40,906 nucleotides of DNA from Nemertoderma westbladi (lineage: Eukaryota; Animalia; Xenacoelomorpha): positions 1 to 40,906 of the forward strand of contig JAUCBJ010003844.1 in NCBI GenBank assembly GCA_032718475.1, in the 5' to 3' direction. The notes beneath the pieces were generated by a model. That model saw only the letters and a list, made by a program, of their open reading frames with translations, had not been told where the DNA came from and did no database searches. Positions 12,020-22,860 of the stretch are shown here, piece after piece (position 1 is the first letter of the stretch; every line of letters begins with the position of its first letter). A program made the translations under genes and the position numbers.

Positions 12020-15000
12020 AAAGGGTAACGGTACTACTCGGGGTGGTACCGGTGAGGATAATAGGAGAGGATGAGTGGTCGGTCACGACGCTAATGTTGG
12101 TCGACAGCGGAGCAGTGTTCACGCTAGCAGAAAGTTGGGTGGCCGAAGAGATAGGGTTACGGACGAGGCCAAGCAAAATGGCAGTAACCACTATCTCGAG
12201 TAAGGACGAGGTATTGAGGATGAGAACAGGGCGTTGCGAAATATCAACAATAACACCAAGGTGCGATTATGGGGCTACCATCGATCCCATTCAAATAATA
12301 GAATAGATTAATAATAACGCTAGGCGGCCCACAAAGATCGAAGTCGAGCAATACCGGTACCTGGATGACATCGATTTCTCCATACCCGAACTGGACATCC
12401 CAAAAGTATCTCTCATAGTCGGCATGGATTGCCCGACAGCCCACGAGAGACTACGAACCGTATTCGGCGAGGATAGGGAGCAAGACCTGATGGCGATTCT
12501 CAAGCCATTCGGATGGACGGTCAGTGGCCCAATTGAGACCAGAATCCCATTTAGCGTGTTGGAATCCTCAGGGTGCATGTTTGCGGGCACAATGCAAGAA
12601 ATGGAGGACAAAGGAGCAGAGGAACAACTCAAGGGGCTGTTGCGGCAGGACTTTGAGTGGTTGAAGGAGACTGGGGTCGGGACCTCGGTGGAGGATAAGC
12701 AGGCACTGGAGAGCGTAAATAACTCCATGAAGTGTAAAGGATGGCGGTATACCATAGGGATGGTATGGAAATAACCAAAGTTGCCACTACCAGATAACAA
12801 GAGGATGGTCTTTGACGAGGCTCCGAAAGTTGAAGCAGACACTCAAACGGAGCCCCAAAAAGGATGAATACATCCACAAGATGATTAAGAAGTATGTGGA
12901 TAGATGGTGGGCTGTGGAGCTGCCGGTCGATGAACCAGACACGGACAGGACCTACTATTTGCCACTGCATGTGGCTTTGGACCCTATGAAGGGCAAACTA
13001 CGGATGGTGGTCGATGCGTCGGCCAAGACTAACGGAAAGAGCCTGAATGACTACCTGCTGGAAGGCCCCGAGATTTACAACTCGGGGATAGAGGTCCTGT
13101 TATAATTCAGAAACGGAAGGCACGCCTTCACCTGCGATATAGAAGGTATGTTCAACCAGGTGCGAGTGACGGAGGAGGACAGCGATAGTCAGCGCTTCCT
13201 GAGGTACAACGGCGATGAAGAACTGTCTGAGATACCGATGTACAAGATGGTAGTACAGAACATGGGGGCCAAATCATCCTCGTTCACAACGACTACAGCT
13301 GTGAGAGACACGGTAGAGGGTAAGGAAGGAGAATACAGTGGGAAAGCGATTGACATGATTCGACGCGGATTCTATGTAGACGATGGGATGGGATCTGGAA
13401 ACACGGTTGAAGAAATACTCAAGATAGGACGCGAAGTTCGTGACATCCTAAAAGGATCGGGATTCAACCTCACAAAATTCCAGTCCAACTCCAAGGAATT
13501 TATGGAGGCCATAGAAGATAAACGACCAGAGGCGACGATGGACAATCCCACAACGGTAAAGGGGCAGATTATGGCAGATAAGAGGATGGGGTCGCAACAA
13601 AAGGCGCTAGGGATCGTATGGAACCGGGAGACGGATTATTTGGAGTATCAACTAAGTCAGGAGGGCGCTGAAATCCATACCAAATGAGGCTATGTGTCAT
13701 ACATAGCGAGGATATACGATCCCCTAGGCCTGGCCTCCCCGTTGTTAGTCACGGGAAACAAATACTAAAAAAGGTGTATAAGTTGAAAGATGACTGGGAT
13801 GCAGAGGTCCCGGAGGAAATAAGTAGACAGTGGAACAAGTGGATTGGGAGCCTAGAGGAGATGGGGATGTACAGTATGCCACATGTATACTTCCCAGATG
13901 GAGACATGACCGATCTGGACCTACATATGTTTTCTGACGCATCCTTGGAAGCATATGGAGCGGCACTTTATTTGGTACAGCGGAAGGGAGCTCATAAGCC
14001 CAGGCTTAGATTTAGTAAAGCGAGGTCGACGCCGCCAGATTCAGCATCAGTGCCGAAACTCGAGCTAACGGCTGCGAGATTAGGAGTAAGGGCTAGCATA
14101 CTTGATAGACACTATACCGAGTATAGTAGAGATGCACTGCTGGACGGTTTCTATGGTAGTGTTAGGGTGGTTACATAACGAGAAGACACGTTACTCTATA
14201 TTTGTGGCGAACAGGGTAGATGAGATAAGGGCAATGACCGATCTGGAGAAGTGGCACTACTGCCCAACTGACGACAATCCAGGGGCGTTGTACGCCACGC
14301 TTTCTCGAGAAAGCAGGAGTTGTGGCAGCATGGGCCGCACTTCCTTAACGATAGGTCGAGTTGGCCACCAATGAGGAAGGTTGTCCCAGGTACAGAGGAA
14401 GTAGCAGTAGAGGAGGAGAGAGATGAATCGGAGGGGGAATAATAAATATACAGCCAATTGGCGAGGGAGATTAAGGAGGCGCCACCGCAAACGAAACCGA
14501 AAGAATTATGTGACAACCCAACGGATAGGTTGCTCAGTTATAGCTCCAGTTGGTACAAGACTAAGAAGCTGGTAGCATATTTGAGGGCCTATGGAGATTT
14601 CCTCAGGGGAGTTGGTAAGGATACCAAAACGAGACCCACTATCGATCTGGAAGGGGTGGCCAAAGCCGTGATACGATACGAGCAAAGGAATGGGGACGAA
14701 GTGAACAGAGTCAGCAAGCAACAACGCCTTTGTCAGGACAGCGAACTCAACGCGCTGTCACCGCAATTGGACGATGACGGGATCCTCATGATGAATTCCA
14801 GGGTGGTAAACAACAACAGCCCAGTCATTCCACCGAAACTGATAATAATCCCCAACAAGTCACCAATAGTCCACCAGATCATATGGGATTCCCATAAATC
14901 TATACTACATGGGGGTACCAACCAGACACTGACAGAGATACGGAAGACGTTCTGGGTTATCCAACTCAGAAAGATGATGAAGGCGGTAGTGGGGCAGTGC

Positions 15001-15429
15001 CAGACCTGCCGATGGACGAAGAAGGAGAGGGCCGTACAGGAGATGGCGCCATTACCGGCCAACAGAATGAGGCTTCACGACCCACCATTTACACACTGCG
15101 GCGTGGACATGTTCGGGCCGATTAAGATAAAGGTGATGCGGCATACGGAGAAACGCTATGGCATTATCTTCGTCTGCAATAATACTAGGGCGGTGGGGAT
15201 AGAACTAGCCCAGGACGCTACGGCGTCGGCATTTATTAATGCATTAGAGAGGTTTGTAACCCGCAAGGGAGGGATGGTTGAGGTATTATATTCAGATAAC
15301 GGGACTAACTTCGTGGGCGCAGAGAACGAGTTAGCCGAGGCCCTTGACATCCCAGAGGGAGATGATGTCAGGGCGGCGATGAGAAAACACCTTATAAGGT
15401 GGGAGAGGAGAACACCATACGCACCACAT
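12020..15429 (+). pseudogene. pol: BEL/Pao pol: protease, RT, RNase H, partial integrase
   Basis: LVDSGA (~12103), DIEGMFNQV, FYVDDG (YVDD 13373-13384), LHMFSDASLEAYG, VPKLEL, FVANRV, HGG...CQTC, GVDMFGP, YSDNGTNFVGA, PYAPH, then sequence changes before the catalytic E. Confidence 0.95.
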
Positions 15430-16390
15430 GCATTAGGAATCTCTATTTTTCATTTACACTGGTTTTTTGGTGTTTGCAATTACATGGAATTCATATAAAT
15501 TAATTTAGAAATTTCAAACTTGTTTTTTTTGCTGGGTGCCAAATTTTGGTATCAGCACCAAATTTTGAAATATGTCAATTTTGTAAATTGATTGTTTGAA
15601 CCTATTTTTTTTCGCAATATGGATTTTTTGGGGTTCCTGTTTCGATGGAACTTATACAGCGCATCGAACTTGCATTTTTAGGAAGTGGGTGCAAAATTTG
15701 GTGCTAGCACCAAATTTTGAAAACCTTCAAATATATCAATTGATTGTGTGTCACCTTGTTTCTTGCGTTATATGGGTTTGTGAGGGTTCTGAATTCAATT
15801 GAATAAGTAAAAATTGCATAAGAGTTTTCAAACTTGTAGTTTTCGCTGGTGGGTAAAAATTGTTGTGCCAGCACCAAAATTTAGAAAATATGCAAATTGA
15901 TCAATAGATAGTATCATATTTTTTCTTGCGTTATACGGGTTATGAGGGTCCTGAATCCGATGGAATCAATAAAAACAGCACTGGACATCTCAAACTTGTA
16001 CGTTTTGGTGATGGGTACGAAATTTGATGCTAGCACCAAAATTTGCCATATTACGCCGAAAAATACGAGTAGCAATGATCTGGCAAATTAGAAATGTATT
16101 CAATTATAATCAGCGCCCCAGAAAACCTGAAAATCTGAATTTATAGCATCGTATAAGTGAATTAAATATTTTGTGTGCAAGCTGAAAAATGCTGAAGTTA
16201 CTTGTTTTTTTTTTCATTTTTGCCTACGTAGAGGACTAAAACAGCCATTTATAATAATCAGATCATTTTTAAATATTTTCCAATGGATTTTGCGCCCCAG
16301 AAAACCTGTTTGAAAAATACTTAGCCGAAAATTGTATCTCTGATCTGGGCATGTTAGGATGCCAATTCTAAAAATCGATATTCATGATAA
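15430..16390. repeat. Diverged ~160-bp tandem units with palindromic core; likely DNA transposon subterminal region
   Basis: About four units of tcaaactt...tgctagcaccaaa; perfect 28-bp palindrome caaaatttggtgctagcaccaaattttg at 15692-15719; inverted homolog at ~30400-30660. Confidence 0.75.
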
Positions 16391-16406
16391 AGATATATCT
16401 CTTTAG

Positions 16407-17172
16407 GTAGTTCAGTTTTTAATTTCTGTGAAATTCGAAGAGGATTTTAGAAAACGTAACATTGAAGATGTGTACGTAATAAGTGAGTCTGTATGTTCGG
16501 TGTATCCCGAATTGAAATTCAAACATCACCGTCTAAAGAAAGACCTTACAGCAAATTTTAGACGGAAATTTTTGGAATGCAAATCTAATCGAAAGAAGAG
16601 AGAGATGCAGAAGAAGGTGGCCAACAATACCCTTTCTGGTACAGATGAGTCTACATCTACCGGTACAACAAGCGACACCCTTCTACTCTATATTTTGCAG
16701 CCCAACCAAGAGGATTACTGAATAAAAGGAAACATAGTGAAAGTGAGGATGGCATAGGAGATGGCGACCAGTCAGTAAAATATGCTGAATCTTATGATAG
16801 CTCAGCCTTTGAGTCGAGCCCCGCTTCAGAAACACATACATTGCTACTGATAGATGGAGATCTGGAGGATATTAAGTTCTTCGATTATAATCAGCATGTT
16901 TGGGCCAAAATGAAGAAGCATGATATGTTTTGGCCAGGACGGGTAACAGAACCAAGGTCAGATGTGCCAGTGAGTAAACCAATTCCAAGAGTCCGACATA
17001 TTTAATTTACTTCTTTGGGACTGCTAGCTATGCTTGGATAAAAGAAGAACTTATTACGGATTATACTATGGGTCCTGTTGCAAACACGAAAATCAAGAGC
17101 AATTCTAGCCGGGCATTTATATGGGTTATAGAGGAAGCGGAAACTATTTATGCCGAAAGTGGTGGGGTCTAG
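16407..17172 (+). pseudogene. BEN-like domain C-terminus + acidic linker + PWWP domain gene remnant (two frameshifts)
   Basis: Manual translation: ..VWAKMKKHDMFWPGRV..[frameshift ~17000]..YLIYFFGTASYAWIKEELITDY..RAF..VIEEAE is a PWWP signature. Upstream I.E.V..VYP...LKKDL..NFRRKFLECK resembles BEN helices (weaker). tttag acceptor ends at 16406. Confidence 0.7.
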
Positions 17173-17429
17173 GATATTACCTACTATATAATAAACCCTG
17201 ACAATAGAAAATGTAGATTATAGATTATATATTAATTATAGATTATAGATTATACTCGCTACATATTATACTGAGACCTCTACGAATTCTGTGGGGGTTA
17301 TGTTATATCTCATTCTATCCGTAATATTGTTTGTAATTTTCGGCGTCATAATACCAGTATTATTGTCACAATTTATTTTTGTAACTTAAAAAGTATTGCT
17401 TCCTAGAAAATTACAGGTTTTTCAATAAA

Positions 17430-17896
17430 GCGACCCCACCCCTATAATATCCACATAACAGGTTAGCCCCTTTACAGGCATATAGCATTCAGCTATAACC
17501 ATATAGCATTCAGCTTTAGGCATAAAACATCCTGTTATAACCCCATTACAGGCATAAAACATCCGGTTATACCCCCAACACAGGTATAACACATCCGGTT
17601 ATACCTCCAATACAGGCATAAAAAAAGCTGGTTATACCCCAAAAACAGCTGATTATATCCCCATTACAGGCATTAAACTGAGGGTTTAAGTTACAGACGG
17701 GTTTTGGTTTAATTACAACAACCAGTTTTTTTTTATTGAATCATCAACGGATATTACAACCGCCAGTTCGTTTAAAGCAGAAAAACTGCCAGTTTCTCGA
17801 ATTAACTTCTGGTTATTTTGTCATGAGATTCACCGAGAGGTTTTTCAAGAAACTGGCAATTTTTTATGAAATAACCACAAGTGTGTTTTTTCAGTG
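17430..17896. mobile_element. Right end of a CACTA/EnSpm-like (CACTG terminus) DNA transposon
   Basis: ~30-bp subterminal repeats (acaggcataaaacatccggttatacccc) at 17450-17680; terminus ttttttcagtg (17886-17896) followed by ta. Confidence 0.55.
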
Positions 17897-18919
17897 TATG
17901 GATTATGGATAGAGATTTTCGATCAATTCAAATACATATTAAATCTGAATCATTTCAAACGTTGCTTATATCAATTGAAAGTGGAGAGTCTTGTGCGTCT
18001 TTTGACACTACAATTAATTCAATTCATGACGAAGAAGATTGTTATAAAATGCTGTTCACAATTGCAAACTTGACACATTGCCTGGCCGGTTGGCAAGCAC
18101 ATGCCTAATGGTCAACATTTGACTCAACCCTATCAGCCTATTGCAGTGTCTTAGTATTGCAGCTTACTTCATTAAATTGGGTTTACCTTTCACTGAATGT
18201 CACACTGACATTATTAGCTTGAAAAATAGTATAATATGCATAAAAACATCACAATGGTACTCAGAAATACTAAATAATTTGTTCTAGAATCAAACTCTCT
18301 AAGATATATAGGTTATTAGTAAAAATTTCTAAATTGGGTGACCCATATCGAATTAGTGCTGATACCTCCTAGAAGGAGATGAATAGTGACATCTGTAAAT
18401 ATTAGTTATGATTATAAAAGTAGGAGCTTCCTTGATACCATGTATCTTTCCTTGTGGCGATTATGACTATTTTGTGATTATATGACAACTGGTAATTGTA
18501 AGCTAGCTGTTAATATTCTAGAATCATTTTATTTTAGTTACTGCACCATCGCCTATCTACCATTAGCAACAAATTTGTTCAACAATCCAAATAAAAGACA
18601 ATAAAAATCCTGCAAATTTGCTGTATACATACTATCATCACCAGGGACATCCATCATGCTCAGATTGTTTACTAAATATAGCTAGTTAATTGTAAGACTG
18701 ATTGATGACTGATGAATTAGTGAACTACATGAAATATAAGCCAAGATGTACTATGAATTTGCATTTTTCTCTATTTCTGAAACCTTGCTATATCTAAACA
18801 TCAGCGTTCTCAATGTTTAACCAACAACTCTCCTAGACAGACAACCGAACTCCAAGACAACATTTCTCAACAATCTCTATCAATCAATCAATATCTCACC
18901 TATTTTTGAAAATGGGATT

Positions 18920-18975
18920 ATCCTCATCCACATGCGTCATATCCTCATCCACATGCGTCATATCCTCATCCACAT
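18920..18975. repeat. 21-bp tandem repeat
   Basis: atcctcatccacatgcgtcat repeated about 2.6 times. Confidence 0.8.
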
Positions 18976-19199
18976 CAAGTTCCTTATGGTATGATTTTGC
19001 TTATAGTCTCCACTTGGGTTTCATCCTGAAACTTTCGTTTAACATTAGAAACTTCAACAATAAATATCAGTATCTATCACAACTTCACCACGTATTAGGA
19101 CAATAAAGTTAGTAGGCACACCAGTAATCAATCCCCTTCCTGCTATCTCTGGTATGAGTCATACTATTATTTTTTCAACGGAAGAAAAATTTTACTACC

Positions 19200-19490
19200 A
19201 CTTGAACACCACCAGTTTCTTCTCCCTTCATTCTTAATTTTTGAGCACTTTGTATTTAATTTTTTTCACTGAGGATGATTTGATAGACCATTTCACTTTA
19301 ATTTGGTCTCTGGTCCTCTCTCGTCCCCCGAAAAAGCATTGACACTGGATCTAATTTGATCATTGAGTTAGTTTTTAAATACCAATGTAATACTTGAACA
19401 GAGTTAATTAGCGGCAATACTGTTTGTATTCATCAAGGAGGGTCCTGTGGACCACTTTCCCTACCTGTATTTGTTTGACTTGCTGTCCAT
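19200..19490 (-). pseudogene. Degenerate Myb/SANT-like (Harbinger accessory-type) gene fragment
   Basis: Minus strand reads, with frameshifts, VNAF..ERTRDQIKVKWS..SSVKK...ETGG, matching the RT..QIK.KW...TGGG pattern. Confidence 0.45.
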
Positions 19491-19919
19491 TTTTGGTGTA
19501 CTTTAACTCTTTACTTTATATTACTGTTTGAGAAGCTAATAGTGTAGTACAGTAGCTTGAACATGAACAGTGTGATTTTTGGTCAGTGCCCATGCCCATC
19601 CTTACAATAACTATTTGATGCCAATATGTTTGTAAGTGCGTTATTAACAGTTCTTATAGGAACATTATTATTGTACTGTATTATTTACTGGGAGGCCATA
19701 GTATCATTTTATTGTTGAGCATTTGCTATGTACTGTGTGCCAAATAATTAATTATGTTAATGAGATTAAATTTCACCTAATTACACTGTAACTGAACCAA
19801 AACGATAAATTAAAGTCAATAAGAACAGTTACAGATTTATTTTTGGTGTAATCAGCTGTTATTTGCTTATATTTCCTAAGGGGAAATTGTGATTGAAGCT
19901 CTGGTCATAATAATGCAGT

Positions 19920-20192
19920 AAATATAAAAAAAAATTTCTAAAAAAAAATAAAAAAAAAATATATATGAAAGCCAGTAACACCCCAGCTAGATATATACCT
20001 TCATAAAAATCGAAGTTCGAGCAAAGCGATCAAACTGTTTTGATTTTCCCCTGATTGGTTAATTAATTCCCCATACAAAATTTCAGCCAAAAATATTGAG
20101 TGTTTAAGGTTGCCGAAGCCCTATGAAGTTCGTTGAATGTTACAGATAAGTTACGCATTCAACTAACAGTTCAATAATTGTGTATATAAGAT
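19920..20192 (-). mobile_element. Possible non-autonomous Helitron-like fragment (5' end)
   Basis: Minus strand begins a|TCTTATATACACAAT; 3' hairpin/CTRR not found. Confidence 0.25.
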
Positions 20193-20399
20193 AAGGTAAA
20201 ACATTGGTTCTACTTGTCATATGATCGTGTGTATCGGCTCATTTTAACCGCAATTGTTTAGTGGGGGTAGGAATAATGAAAATGCAATAAGCTATGGGAT
20301 ATGACATAAAAATCAATTATTTCATTTCCGACATATGACTTTTTTTTTATACATGTAATAATGTAACAACTGTAATAATACACCACACATTTAATCTAA

Positions 20400-21073
20400 C
20401 AATCAAAACGTTTTGATGTGTTTTTTTCATTTCCCCCTTCTCAGTCGCTCTTCATTTTTCACAAACATCCTAGGAAATTCTGTTGATGTCTATAATTCAG
20501 CAACTAATCTCTCAGCAGGCTGATTATGGTCAATTTTCAGATTTCCAATTCGATGAATTTTTTCCAGATGTAATTTACCAATATTTATACTTCCATCATC
20601 CATTTCAACCAGAATTAGCAGCAGTAGTGTCAGTACATATACCAACTAGTTTCTTATCCTTCAAATCACCATCAAATATCTTGGAGAAATTCATGCCAAG
20701 TGAAGCTCCAGTTTGGTTTGAATCACACTTATGGATATAAATTGGAAATTGGATATACTGATCATCTTCATGAGTAACTGCTCTATAAAGGGCAACTTCA
20801 TATAAATCTTTGCCATCACAATGGCCAAAAAAGTATGAACATTTATTTTTTAACATATATAAACGTTGATCTACATCTTTGTAAAGGACTTTTCTTGCAC
20901 AGTGAAGAGTAGTAACGATTGGAACTGATGTGGAAGACATTATGTATTTCACTCACTTTCTTCACTATCTCCTGTCCTGCTTCATAACTCACATTGAATC
21001 TGGTTAGTACTGATGTCAGACTGATGTCAACTTTCCTTTCTTAACTCTAGATGTAATTTGTGTCACACTCTTT
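20400..21073 (-). pseudogene. hATx/hATw-like transposase, catalytic part (piece 3; internal deletion)
   Basis: LTRFNVS..., GHCDGK (HWDGK-like), VGICTDTTAANSG (DTTxxNxG), then directly HNQPAERLV...KNEE (catalytic E region). Confidence 0.7.
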
Positions 21074-22100
21074 ATTATTATTATTATTATTAACATGCAC
21101 ATTACAGATATAATTAAATGTAGTGGCACAAGACACAAAAAAAGAGTGAACTAACTACAGTAAAGCACAAGCGTAACATTAGGTAGATGTGACAAAATTT
21201 AATAGGTAGTTTATTAGAACAAATAAGACGTTTTGCAAATGTAACAATCCGCTTAAGCAACATAATTTTTGGGTGAGGAAAATCAACTATACCTTCAACT
21301 ATATAACGATGAGCATAAAGGGTAGCCCGCACACAATTCTGACGTTACAATTCCAAGCCAGGTAAATCTTACTACATTCGGGTGACCAGAGATCCCATAG
21401 TACTCCACCATAAAAACTATTAGCAAAATATCTCTGTATGTGGAGCAATTGCAGAGGTGAAGCAAAATGAAATTCATTCCTGAGCCCAGATAATTTTCCA
21501 ATAAAAGTCCCTCTTTTTTGTAGTATGTCCCTTGAGAAATCACCTTTAAAAAAAAGGTGACACCAAGATGTTTAGCTTGTTAAACCCAGGGTAAAACTAT
21601 TCCATTTACTACGATCCGAACAGCTGAAGGATTCCAGGTAAGACCAAATGGAATACACTTGGTTTTACATTTCATAAAGGGTCGGAGAAATTATCGAGCC
21701 CTGTTTTACACCATTCGAAACAGAAAAAACATCTGACTTATAATTATTCCAAAGTGTAAATCCGGCTTGGTTCCGATAAATTAAAAATAGACAATGTAAA
21801 AAAAGCACATTCAAACCCTTTTTAATTAATTCTAAAAATAATTGTTTCCACAAAACCAAAATCAGTCAACTATATATTGAAGTATTATTCCGCATATAAT
21901 AATTCACCACCTCACTAGCAGTCCATGTACACATAGTAGTACTTGAATTAGACATGAAACCAAACTGTATGTCATCTAACTTTAATTTATGACCCTCTGA
22001 TAATATCATAACCCACTCAAATAGTTTTAATAATAATGATGCTATGCAATAGCCCTATAGTTATCCACCAAGGAAATGTCACCAGATACTTTTTCAATGT
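21072..22100 (-). mobile_element. RTEX-like LINE, 3' part (RT remnant with (TAA)n tail)
   Basis: GDISLVDNYRAIA, FSVSNGVKQGSIISPTLY, KHLG, SFYGGVLWDL..AWN; (TAA)n tail at 21072-21092. Clade assignment tentative. Confidence 0.75.
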
Positions 22101-22860
22101 TTTTTTTTCTGACCAAAAATTTCAAAATAAAATTTTTCGTAGCCAATCGATTCGCCATCAAAAATAACGCAAAAAATTTTTTTTGCAAAATTTTAAATTA
22201 CTGTAAATTTTTGGCGATTGGGGGGGGGGGGGGGGGGGGGTCAATTTTTTTCGATCCGCTATAACTCCGGAACGCTTTATCCAAATTCGATGGGGTTTTT
22301 ATTTTTCAACTTAATTCGATGTCCTCTTTCAGCCTATCCGTGTTTCGAAACACCAAACAGCGCCGTTCAAAAATAAATTTTTTCTAGTTCTAGAATTTTA
22401 CAAATTTCAAAAAAGTTGCAGTATTTTATTAACGCCTTTACGGAATTCGATAGCGTTTTCGATTTTTATATTAAACGCAATATCCTGAATCTCACTAGCC
22501 TAGTTTCGCGTCACCAATGTCAAGACTTCATACTTTTTGAGGAAAATTTTTCTTGAATAATTTTTATTTAATTACATTTATCGCGATTTCTTATTAATGG
22601 TTGCACATGAACTGATGGAGTTTTCAATTTATTAACTAAACACGACATCGCACATCGCACCAGTGTGGTTTCGAAATTCCAAAACGAGGTCTTCACTAGT
22701 TGCAGGTCGACTTTGTTCTAGAATTGAGCAACTAATAATAGATCGAATTTATTAATAATTATTGTATGAAATATGATTGTATTTTTACATAATTATTAGT
22801 TCTATACTAATTCTCGTTGTCTCTTTTATTTAAAATAAAAAGTCGGTTCCTTATCGGGCT
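22100..22860 (+). mobile_element. Non-autonomous element with three diverged ~165-bp units, possibly Helitron; 3' end at 26040-26065
   Basis: Repeated aattcgat..gtttt..gtttcgaaa..ccaa motif at ~22285, 22445 and 22610; cgggc (22856) pairs with gcccg-tca-CTAG|T on the far side of the RTE. Confidence 0.45.

Larger units (their letters stand above)
6983..15429 (+). mobile_element. BEL/Pao LTR retrotransposon, degenerate and 3'-truncated
   Basis: Order is gag-PR-RT-RH-IN with BEL-typical motifs; many stops and frameshifts; ends abruptly inside integrase. Confidence 0.95.
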
